Sequence record: PQ287644.1
Reading direction: 5' to 3' (one strand)
Length of the DNA: 64,000 nt
Of this stretch, positions 55,935 to 64,000 are shown in pieces (within the stretch, counting starts at the first letter, position 1; every line of letters starts with the position of its first letter). Position numbers and translations under genes: made by a program. The notes under the pieces were generated by a model. The model saw nothing but the letters and a program-made list of their open reading frames with translations, was not told the origin of the DNA and searched no databases.

Positions 55935-58403
55935 ATGTTTATATTAACTAAATTGATCCTAGAGAATTACATTCCTCTGTTAAGCAGCGGAATCAAACGG
56001 GTAGAATTGGATCTGAATCATTTGGTTAACCTGTTGATCGCTCAGAACGGTGTCGGGAAAACCAGTATCCTTCGAGAAGCCAATCCCCTGGCTCCTGAGA
56101 ATGCCAACTACCGCGGTATTGGACGTAAGTACGTGGAGATTAAACGGGGATTGGACCATTTCGTTTTGGATTCTAAAACAGACTTAGGCAATGGTCACAG
56201 TTTCAAGTTTAACGGGAAAGAGTTAAACAAGAATGGAACCTTTACGGAACAGAAGGACTTGGTATGGATCCATTTCCGGTTAGACAGTACTATCAGCCGT
56301 ATTCTGTCCGGACTTAAACCCAACAGTCTGTTTTCAGCGATGCCAGTGGCTCAACGTAAAGACTTCTTTATGTTCATCTACCCGAATGACACGAGTTACG
56401 CCTTAGGGGTCTTTAACAAGCTTAAGACGGAACGTCGTGAACTGGCGGCTGCAATTAAGAACCAAGTCATGCGGTATACAGAAGAGAGTGCTAAACTCAA
56501 GCAGATCACTGAATGTGGTCCGGAAGAGCTGGAACGTCGAGTTAAGACGATTGAGACTGAACTGAGGGAGTCCCTGTTGGTACGAGGGGGGTTGGAGCAG
56601 GTGAAAGTAGACCCTGAGCTCCAAAGTAAGATTGATACCTTCAAACGCTTGGCTGAGCAGATGACATTGAACCGAGTCAGTGGGTTCTTTGAGACCGAGG
56701 CTGAACTCAGACAGGGAATCGAAACGGTTCAAGCTATCTTGAGTGTTCACGAAGGCCAAGCCACTGCCATTCAAATGGTCATCAGTGAGCATGTAGGGGT
56801 TTTGGAAGGAATGGAAGAGATCAAAGAAGATCCCTTTGTCTTCCATCATCAAGCGGAACAACTCAAGGTAGAACTCACCGCTCTCCGGGAAGAATACAAA
56901 CAGCATGGGGTGCTATTGGGTAATTACCCTTTGTTCAACGATGATGCCTATGACTTTACCGGTTTGGAATTGGTGTACGAGGCCTTGGTGGCTCAATTGC
57001 GTCGGGTGGTGAATGCCAGTACGCCTGAGTTAACCGGAGGGCGGTATAAAGAGTATACCGTCAAACTGGAGCAAACCCGTAATCAACTGAGGGCCTCTAA
57101 GAATGAACTGGACACTCTCACCCACCAGTTGAAACATTATGATGCCATGGAACTGGTGACTTGCCCGGAATGTTCCCATGAATTCAAGGTCGGGATTACC
57201 GCGAATGAACTGCGTGCAGCACGGGTTAAATCGGAAGCCCTTAAGTTGAGTGTGACTAAACTGGAGCAGGATGTTGAAACCCTGGAAAGATTAGTCGAAC
57301 AAGACAGTGAGTGGTACCACAGCATGTTGGCCTTGCATCAGTTCTGCCGGATGAATGGTGATGTTAAATGCCTACCTGAACTGATTAAAGCATACGACAT
57401 GGGTAAGTCGGACACTAATATCCTTTTAAACGCCCTCAGGGCCTTCATGGGGCGTTTTAACTGTAAGAGACGTATCGACGCCCTACTAGAAGAAGAAAAG
57501 CTCTTAAACACGCGTATAGGGCTGTTACAGAAGGATTCGGTATTAGACATCGCCACCTACTTAAAGAGTCTGGAACACGACCTGGAAGTGGAGAACAGCC
57601 GCATTGGTTTCTACCGTCGGCGTATTGAACAGCTTATAAGGAACCTAAAGACCATCCACACCTACACCCGAGACCTGGAAACCCTCCGCTGTCTTAAAGA
57701 CGAGATCTTCAAAGGGTTGGAACAGCAAGGGTTGGTGGAACTGCGTAAACGGGTTGATGAACGGATTCATTTGCTAACGGATGAGAAGGATGAATACCTC
57801 GCCTCCATTATCAAAAGCCGTTCGTTGAGTGCAGTTGTCACGTCTATTTCGGAAGACATTGATCGTTTAAAACGCCGTCTGAAGATTGTGGATGGGTTAA
57901 TGAACGGCCTGTGTCCGAATAAGGGGTTGATCGGTAAGCTGATGACGGATTTCATCAAGACCTATTGTGCCAATATGAATGCGGTGATTCAATCAGTGTG
58001 GAACACCACCCTGTTTGTTAAACCCTGCCATAAGGACAATGGGGATCTGAACTGGAAGTTCCCGGTGGTCACCGGTGATGATGAACCCACGCCAGATGTC
58101 AGTGATTGCAGTTTGGGTGAAGCGGGTATCATTGACTTTGCGTTCCGGTATGTGGCCATTCGTTACCACGGTAACTTCCCTCTGATGCTGGATGAGGTGG
58201 GTACCACCTTCGATGAAATCAAACGCGGTCGTTTCTTCAATTTCATTCACGAGTTAACCACCCAGAAGGACGCTAAACAACTCTTCATGATTAGCCATTA
58301 CATTACTCAATACGGAATGTTCACCAACCCGAATGTAATTGCGATGTGTTATGAAGGGTTGAGTTTACCGGGTGAAGTCAATCAACACAGTGTTATCAAT
58401 TAA
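55935..58403 (+). CDS. sbcC: SbcC/Rad50-like SMC ATPase
   Basis: Walker A QNGVGKTS, long coiled coils, CPEC zinc hook, degenerate signature CSLGE, Walker B LMLDE, H-loop ISH. Confidence 0.88.
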   Translation: MFILTKLILENYIPLLSSGIKRVELDLNHLVNLLIAQNGVGKTSILREANPLAPENANYRGIGRKYVEIKRGLDHFVLDSKTDLGNGHSFKFNGKELNKNGTFTEQKDLVWIHFRLDSTISRILSGLKPNSLFSAMPVAQRKDFFMFIYPNDTSYALGVFNKLKTERRELAAAIKNQVMRYTEESAKLKQITECGPEELERRVKTIETELRESLLVRGGLEQVKVDPELQSKIDTFKRLAEQMTLNRVSGFFETEAELRQGIETVQAILSVHEGQATAIQMVISEHVGVLEGMEEIKEDPFVFHHQAEQLKVELTALREEYKQHGVLLGNYPLFNDDAYDFTGLELVYEALVAQLRRVVNASTPELTGGRYKEYTVKLEQTRNQLRASKNELDTLTHQLKHYDAMELVTCPECSHEFKVGITANELRAARVKSEALKLSVTKLEQDVETLERLVEQDSEWYHSMLALHQFCRMNGDVKCLPELIKAYDMGKSDTNILLNALRAFMGRFNCKRRIDALLEEEKLLNTRIGLLQKDSVLDIATYLKSLEHDLEVENSRIGFYRRRIEQLIRNLKTIHTYTRDLETLRCLKDEIFKGLEQQGLVELRKRVDERIHLLTDEKDEYLASIIKSRSLSAVVTSISEDIDRLKRRLKIVDGLMNGLCPNKGLIGKLMTDFIKTYCANMNAVIQSVWNTTLFVKPCHKDNGDLNWKFPVVTGDDEPTPDVSDCSLGEAGIIDFAFRYVAIRYHGNFPLMLDEVGTTFDEIKRGRFFNFIHELTTQKDAKQLFMISHYITQYGMFTNPNVIAMCYEGLSLPGEVNQHSVIN

Positions 58404-58407
58404 TTTT

Positions 58408-58420
58408 AAACCTACATTAT
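58408..58420 (+). promoter_or_regulatory. Putative early promoter
   Basis: ttttaaacctacattat, identical core to 16236. Confidence 0.6.
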
Positions 58421-58442
58421 TCATTTGCAAGGAATACTTCTG

Positions 58443-58736
58443 ATGAACGTTCAACTCCCACGATCGGTTACTCTGGACGCCTATATTCAGCCGGACGGTA
58501 CACTTATGCTGGGGCCGGGTCAGGCTAAAGTGACCATTAATTACCATTCGGATCCTCAAGAATCCATTAATGCGTGCATTGTCTTTGGAGGGGCGATGCA
58601 AGCGATTGTGACCTTTGATGAAACCGGTCAGACCCCTGTGAGTTATACGCTGTTGAATCCAGGGGGGGATTACACCGTTGAGCAGTCGGTTCTTAACATC
58701 TTGTCCTATTTCGGAGTCAGTGCTCCGATGAACTAG
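58443..58736 (+). CDS. Small hypothetical protein
   Basis: 97 aa; RBS aagga; beta-rich. Confidence 0.55.
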   Translation: MNVQLPRSVTLDAYIQPDGTLMLGPGQAKVTINYHSDPQESINACIVFGGAMQAIVTFDETGQTPVSYTLLNPGGDYTVEQSVLNILSYFGVSAPMN

Positions 58737-58748
58737 GAGTCATGAGTC

Positions 58749-59189
58749 ATGAACAAAGCTGAAGTGATAGAACGGTACCGCGAACTGGTCGAAGACCTCG
58801 CCCTCCCGCCGCATCAGGTGATCCTGTCGGCGGGTGCCGCCTTGGTGGTAATGGGCATCCGAGAGGAAACAAGCGACCTCGATGTGGATGTCCCTACCAG
58901 TGTGTTCAACTGGGCGAGTAAAAAGTTCGGGGTTATCGAGAACGAAACCGTGAATAAACGGGTTCAATACACTCCCCTGGTCGATCTCCATGAATACGAC
59001 GAGAACACGGGAGTGGTGTGTATTGAGGGGGTGTGGTTGTACAGCCCTACGGAGTTACTGAAACAGAAACACTGGCTCACGAAACTGGCTGATCGAACGG
59101 ACGTTAAGACCCAACAGGATCACCGTGATATCCGCCAACTGGAAACGCTCACTCAGTCTCAACCATTCACTGCACGCGCATTGTTGTAA
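58749..59189 (+). CDS. Minimal nucleotidyltransferase (Pol-beta superfamily, AbiEii/MenT-like)
   Basis: ILSAGAALVVMGIREETSDLDVDV (G-rich loop, R-x-T-x-DxD) and C-terminal K...R...KTQQDHRDI. Confidence 0.7.
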   Translation: MNKAEVIERYRELVEDLALPPHQVILSAGAALVVMGIREETSDLDVDVPTSVFNWASKKFGVIENETVNKRVQYTPLVDLHEYDENTGVVCIEGVWLYSPTELLKQKHWLTKLADRTDVKTQQDHRDIRQLETLTQSQPFTARALL

Positions 59190-59203
59190 GGTTAGGTTAC
59201 GGT

Positions 59204-59698
59204 ATGTTTTACAGTCAATTGGAAGTGGTAGAAGCCGTTCAACGGTTCTCTGAGGCTCATAACACCCCTTTGGATAAGATCGCTATTGGCGGGGGTGGAG
59301 CTATCATGCTCATGGGGGGTCGTGAAACCACCTATGATTTGAACATTTGGGTGGAGAGTCCGTTCTTTGAACGCATTGCTGAAACCCAGAACGCTCTCCT
59401 CAGTCCTATGAGAGACAATGTGTTCCACATTGAAACGGTTATTGATTCCATGGATCAAACCGATCACGTCACCACACGTCGCCATTACTGGGTGCGTAAA
59501 CGTAACCTCTATTTCCCCACTGTTCCTGTTAAGCTGGATCAATGTCCTGAAGTCTACATCTTCGATGCGATGTCACTGTTGATTCAGAAACGTGGGAGCT
59601 ACAGTCGCCCTGAACGAGGACTCCGTCGTAAACAGGATTACAGCGACATCTGTTTCTTGAATGCGTTGTTAAAGGAAGAACACAAAGTCAGGGCTTAA
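59204..59698 (+). CDS. Second nucleotidyltransferase paralog with DxN motif
   Basis: IAIGGGGAIMLMGGRETTYDLNIWV and QK...R...RRKQDYSDI. Confidence 0.65.
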   Translation: MFYSQLEVVEAVQRFSEAHNTPLDKIAIGGGGAIMLMGGRETTYDLNIWVESPFFERIAETQNALLSPMRDNVFHIETVIDSMDQTDHVTTRRHYWVRKRNLYFPTVPVKLDQCPEVYIFDAMSLLIQKRGSYSRPERGLRRKQDYSDICFLNALLKEEHKVRA

Positions 59699-59708
59699 CC
59701 TTAGGACA

Positions 59709-59734
59709 GTACCAGGGGATCACTCCCCTGGTAC
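59709..59734. terminator. Intergenic hairpin
   Basis: gtaccagggga-tcac-tcccctggtac. Confidence 0.65.
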
Positions 59735-59766
59735 GTCTTCCTCCTTATACGGTTTAGGAGATTACA

Positions 59767-61752
59767 ATGGGTAAACACTCACCTGTTGAACGGATTAAAT
59801 ACCTCCATGAACAACTGACGTATCACGCTCATCTCTATTTCGTCGAGAACCGGAACGAGATCTCTGATGAAGCGTATGACACGTTGGAGCAAGAACTCAA
59901 TGAGTTGTACGACCGATACCCTGAAATAGCGGCTAAGTTCGATTTCTATAATCGTCCCGTTCCTATTCATGAACCCTCCGGGGAAACCATTCAACCCGTA
60001 CGGTTCGAGGAACCTATGCTCAGCTTGAAGAAAGCCTTGAGTGTGGAGGAAGCGGACACGTTCCTGTTAAAGTTCCCGGATGGTACAAACTTCTTTTACG
60101 AAGAGAAACTGGATGGGTTGGCCCTGGAGCTGGTGTATGAACAGGGACAACTGGTCAGTATGAGTACCCGGGGATCTGGATTAGTCGGGGAAGATGTGAC
60201 GCATTCCATAGTTCTCTTCGATGAAGTCACCCTTCCTCGTACCTTAAGGACGCTTCCTGACCGTCATAAACCCCAGGGGGATCGATTGGTTATTCGGGGT
60301 GAAGGGTATATCAGTCTGGAACGCTTTAATTCTCTTAATGAAACAGGGGGTAAACGGTCCAATCCCCGTAATGCCGTGAGTGGGTGGGTGCGGTCCCTCC
60401 CTCAGAACCAACGGGAGGATATCCGAGGAACGCTGTACTTCGCGGCGTATTACGCCAGTGATCGATTGGGGACGAAAGCCTATTCTGAATTGAGACAGGT
60501 TCTCTTAGGCTTAGGGTTTGGTGTTCCTGAATCCAGGGATTGGATTGCGGTCTCAGAGAACCGGAGGGGGAACATTCGTCCGGTGGATGGGATTGTGATT
60601 AAAGTCGACAAGTTCAAGGAACAAGACGCCAGTGGAAATGGGAGTAAATTCCCTCACTGGGCTATTGCTTACAAGTTCCCTGCGGAAGAAGCGTTAACCC
60701 AGGTTGAAGGCTGTATCTGGAAAACCTCTCGGTTTGGTCGGGTAGTTCCGGTGGTCCAGTATACCCCTGTAACGATCCAAGGGGTTATCTGTCAGTGTGC
60801 GTCGTTGGATAACTACGGTTCGTTTATGGACTTAGGGTTATCAATCGGGGATCGGATTGTTATTACCCGGAACAACGATGTGATCCCTCGGTTGAACCGG
60901 GTGGAGGAGTGTGGGGAAGGAGACCTCCTAGAAGCGCCTACGAACTGCCCTAGCTGCGATTCTCTCCTATGCGATTCTCTCCTAGAGGTAGTGGTAGGTA
61001 GGGACAGTTCCGAACTCGTCTGTAATAACGTCGCAGAGTGCCCTGCGCAGATTGTTATGCGGTGCGTAACGACGTTTGATAAGTTTGGACTGGATGTAGA
61101 CGGTTTAGGGCCCGTTAAGGTCAGTGAATTGGTTGAGAAAGGATGGGTTAAACAACCGGCTGATATACTTGCCCTTCCGGAAGACATTAAGGATCAATGT
61201 CTTACCCCGACGACTCGAAGAGGTTTGGAGCGTGTTCTTCAGGAACCCGTTCCTTTACACCGCTTCTTAAAGGCGTTGGGTATCCCGGATATTGGGATCA
61301 CCTTGGCTAAACGCCTGGCAAACGCCATCCCTGAAGGGAAGATCGAAGAATCCCTTACCAATCCTAAGTTCCTACAAAGTGTACGAGGGGTTTCAGTGGG
61401 GATTGCCTACAGGGTCGTGAGGGCATTTGACTCTTCGGTCTTTAAGGACAACTTCCACGCCCTAAAAGGTTTGTTAACTCTCCAGTACACCGGAACGCAG
61501 GACGACTACATTAAAGTCTGTATTACCGGCAACATTGGACCTTCCCGAGGAGAACTCTGTAACCTGTTCGCTAAGGAAGGGATTGAACTCAGTGATCGGC
61601 TTACCCAGGACTGTGCCTTTGTCATTGTGGGTGACCGCCCTGGTAAATCGAAACTGTTAATTGCAACCGAATCGGGTATACCTATGCTAATTGCAAAGGA
61701 TTATTCGAGCATTGACTCCCTCATTCAGTTCATTAAAGGACACCGAGAATGA
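59767..61752 (+). CDS. ligA: NAD-dependent DNA ligase
   Basis: ISDEAYD, MLSLKK, EEKLDG (KxDG), TRG.G..GEDVT, RGE, NPRNA, DGIVIK, WAIAYKF, OB fold, Zn finger, HhH motifs and C-terminal BRCT. Confidence 0.95.
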   Translation: MGKHSPVERIKYLHEQLTYHAHLYFVENRNEISDEAYDTLEQELNELYDRYPEIAAKFDFYNRPVPIHEPSGETIQPVRFEEPMLSLKKALSVEEADTFLLKFPDGTNFFYEEKLDGLALELVYEQGQLVSMSTRGSGLVGEDVTHSIVLFDEVTLPRTLRTLPDRHKPQGDRLVIRGEGYISLERFNSLNETGGKRSNPRNAVSGWVRSLPQNQREDIRGTLYFAAYYASDRLGTKAYSELRQVLLGLGFGVPESRDWIAVSENRRGNIRPVDGIVIKVDKFKEQDASGNGSKFPHWAIAYKFPAEEALTQVEGCIWKTSRFGRVVPVVQYTPVTIQGVICQCASLDNYGSFMDLGLSIGDRIVITRNNDVIPRLNRVEECGEGDLLEAPTNCPSCDSLLCDSLLEVVVGRDSSELVCNNVAECPAQIVMRCVTTFDKFGLDVDGLGPVKVSELVEKGWVKQPADILALPEDIKDQCLTPTTRRGLERVLQEPVPLHRFLKALGIPDIGITLAKRLANAIPEGKIEESLTNPKFLQSVRGVSVGIAYRVVRAFDSSVFKDNFHALKGLLTLQYTGTQDDYIKVCITGNIGPSRGELCNLFAKEGIELSDRLTQDCAFVIVGDRPGKSKLLIATESGIPMLIAKDYSSIDSLIQFIKGHRE

Positions 61753-63056
61753 CTGTTAAAACCGACACCAACGACCAACAACACACTGCCACTGACCCGG
61801 TAGTAGCAATGAAACTCAAGAAGGCCGAGAAGGCTCTGAAACACTCCAAGGAACTGGGTAAGAAGATGAAACACGACAAGGAACAGTTGGATAAGAAATC
61901 CATTACCCAACCCACTGAGAATAAAGAACACCGTTCCGCTCCTGAACCTTCTAAGCCCAAGGTGGTGGTTGACGGTAAGGAACTGGTGGCTCTCGATACC
62001 AAGCCGTACGGCGAATGGATCCGTTCCAAAGAAGGACGTGAAATTCTTGGGAATAAATACTGGTCAGTAGGTGTAACCGCGGAAATCGACCTCTTCTCTC
62101 ATTTCAAGACGACTCTTTACGGTGTTGAACTTGATCTCTTGGTCGACTCCTATTCTGAAGTTACGCTGGAAACCCCTGCTGACGTTCCTTTCCTTAACGT
62201 CAGTAAGCGTAAGGGGAGTGCTGTGGTAGTCAACTCGGTGGTTAATCGTTGTGAGTTTGAAGGGGAGAATTGTCTTCTGAATGTCGAGGTTAACGACTGC
62301 GCAGTTAACAACAGCAGCGTCGCTCGTACACGATCGATGGTGTTGCGACCAATCGACGAACTGATCGACTTCCCAAAAAGAGCGGATGTATTTAGACGAG
62401 GGGTTGATCAACGCGCCCGGTACAACGACTGCCGTTTCATCGAATCCGAGATTAAAGATTCTCCCATCAATGGCAAGGGCTTAGTGAAAGAGTCGTATGT
62501 GGATCGTACCCACATTACCGCTGGGAAGTTTGCCATCGTTAAATCGCATCTTACCACCACCACCCTCACCGCATCCATGCTGTCTCTCTCGAAAGCTTAC
62601 CTTCATGGTTGTTACTTGAGCGTTTCTGAAACGCTGATCCTTCGCAACTTCACCCTCCGGAATAAGACGCTTTACATGAGGTCACTCTACGCGCCTAATA
62701 AACTGGGTCTTACGGAGATCGAACTTCCGTTCCATCCTCAAAATCTTATTCTGCACCGCACCTCAAAAACACAGTATGTAATCTCCATCCGCTCGGGTGG
62801 TTCGTCCGGCCTTGAACTGGGGAGCGACGTAACTTGGGAAGAACTCAGTGAAAAACTGGGTGAACTCTTGATAAAAACCCCGATGGTCAATAACGAGATC
62901 TCTGAAGACGGACTCCTCTTCAAAAGCATCTTGAATTATGTCCTGAAGTCGGTGATTTCTCGGATGAAGATCATCAAGTTGATGGACGATGTGATGGCTG
63001 TTAACCGTAGTATCACATCAGATTTCGAGGATCCTGAGTCCGTCCCGTATTGTTAG
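61749..63056 (+). CDS. Hypothetical protein with beta-solenoid-like repeats
   Basis: Lys-rich N-tail and ~5-residue periodic segments (e.g. FIESE IKDSP). Confidence 0.55.
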   Translation: MTVKTDTNDQQHTATDPVVAMKLKKAEKALKHSKELGKKMKHDKEQLDKKSITQPTENKEHRSAPEPSKPKVVVDGKELVALDTKPYGEWIRSKEGREILGNKYWSVGVTAEIDLFSHFKTTLYGVELDLLVDSYSEVTLETPADVPFLNVSKRKGSAVVVNSVVNRCEFEGENCLLNVEVNDCAVNNSSVARTRSMVLRPIDELIDFPKRADVFRRGVDQRARYNDCRFIESEIKDSPINGKGLVKESYVDRTHITAGKFAIVKSHLTTTTLTASMLSLSKAYLHGCYLSVSETLILRNFTLRNKTLYMRSLYAPNKLGLTEIELPFHPQNLILHRTSKTQYVISIRSGGSSGLELGSDVTWEELSEKLGELLIKTPMVNNEISEDGLLFKSILNYVLKSVISRMKIIKLMDDVMAVNRSITSDFEDPESVPYC

Positions 63057-63069
63057 TACACAACACCTT

Positions 63070-63093
63070 ACTCCCCAGGTAATCCTGGGGAGT
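63070..63093. terminator. Intergenic hairpin
   Basis: actccccagg-taat-cctggggagt. Confidence 0.65.
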
Positions 63094-63136
63094 GAGGGTT
63101 TAATTGCCTACTTACCTGTAAAAGGGAGGTTAACGA

Positions 63137-63628
63137 ATGTCCAAAACAAAGAGGAATGACCGATATGTCATTTATACCGATGGGAGTGCGTTAGGGAATC
63201 CAGGTCCGGGCGGTTACGGTGTTTACGCTAAATACAAAGGGGAAGAATTCTCCCTGAGTAAAGGGTATTACAAAACCACTAACAACCGCCAAGAACTCAT
63301 GAGTGTGATTGCAGCGCTGGAAGAGTTCGGTCCTAATATCAAAGTGGACATCTTCACGGACTCCCAATACGTCATTAAGTGTGCTACTAAATGGATGAGA
63401 GGATGGATACGGAACAACTGGATGGGGTATAACTCTGGGCAACCGGTTAAGAACCGGGATCTGTTGGAAGTCCTCAATGAACTCTTGAAGAAGAATAAGG
63501 TAAAGTTCCATTGGGTTAAAGGTCACTCTGGGGATGAAGGGAATGAAAAGGCAGACCAATTAGCAAAGGATGCTGCCAATAATCCGGAAGCCCACGATAT
63601 GGAATACATGAAAGTCTTAGGGTTCTAA
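63137..63628 (+). CDS. rnhA: Ribonuclease HI
   Basis: YTDGS..GNPGPGG, TTNNRQEL, TDSQYV, VKN.DL, WVKGHSG..GNEKADQLA. Confidence 0.95.
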   Translation: MSKTKRNDRYVIYTDGSALGNPGPGGYGVYAKYKGEEFSLSKGYYKTTNNRQELMSVIAALEEFGPNIKVDIFTDSQYVIKCATKWMRGWIRNNWMGYNSGQPVKNRDLLEVLNELLKKNKVKFHWVKGHSGDEGNEKADQLAKDAANNPEAHDMEYMKVLGF

Positions 63629-63653
63629 TCAATCAACCGTGGAGATTAACACT

Positions 63654-64000
63654 ATGAAAAGCTTTATTGATGTATCGGTAGTAGAAGATGGGGGCAAACA
63701 ATTCCTCTTCGGTATTACTGCGAATCAAAAGACGGGACGACCCGAAGTCGTAGGACATACCGATTCTGATTATTTCAGAGAGGGTGTTGGTCGTGTGTTT
63801 GAACAGCTTATCCGGGAAGAACAACGAAAGGAAGCTGATATTAAACTCCAGTTGGCCTTTATTAAGGCGGTCAAGGAACATCCCGGTAAACAACTGCAAC
63901 TCACGCTTTGCTACAGCGCAAATGGACCGTCAGCTGGAGAATTTTATTGGGTGGAGGATCGGCGTTATACGGCTGACGGGGTGTCCTTCCTATCGAATGC
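63654..64000 (+). CDS. Hypothetical protein, runs off the window
   Basis: RBS ggag and ATG at 63654; no stop before 64000. Confidence 0.5.
   Translation, partial: MKSFIDVSVVEDGGKQFLFGITANQKTGRPEVVGHTDSDYFREGVGRVFEQLIREEQRKEADIKLQLAFIKAVKEHPGKQLQLTLCYSANGPSAGEFYWVEDRRYTADGVSFLSN

Noticed and set aside
1-64000. CRISPR array, DGR, transposase, intron or intein
   Set aside because: No regularly spaced direct repeats, no RT motif and no near-identical TR/VR pair were seen. DnaB, RNAP, SbcC and LigA are of normal length.

Overview
Gene-dense segment of a phiKZ-related jumbo phage genome (Chimalliviridae-like). The NAD-dependent ligase, single tRNA-Thr and roughly 50% GC recall Pseudomonas phage EL; this is an inference, not a search result. 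Order: internal-head/virion block (1-9.4 kb); DnaB helicase, major capsid protein and non-virion RNAP beta-N subunit (11.7-21.5 kb); an ~11 kb accessory island of small ORFs with an SspB-like ClpXP adaptor, a paralog pair, tRNA-Thr(CGU) and several ORF-free structured elements (21.6-32.9 kb); portal/baseplate block, RuvC, holin candidate and overlapping spanins (33.5-43.8 kb); four paralogous tail-fibre-like genes and a spike (44-55.9 kb); then SbcC, two tandem small nucleotidyltransferases, LigA and RNase HI. No CRISPR array, reverse transcriptase, transposase or evident intein was seen. Top leads: the nucleotidyltransferase pair, the phage SspB, the candidate ncRNAs around the tRNA, and a 4x YGRLVF repeat on a baseplate protein. 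Several apparent frameshifts or duplications may be sequence errors. phiKZ gene-number equivalences are recalled synteny and were not searched.
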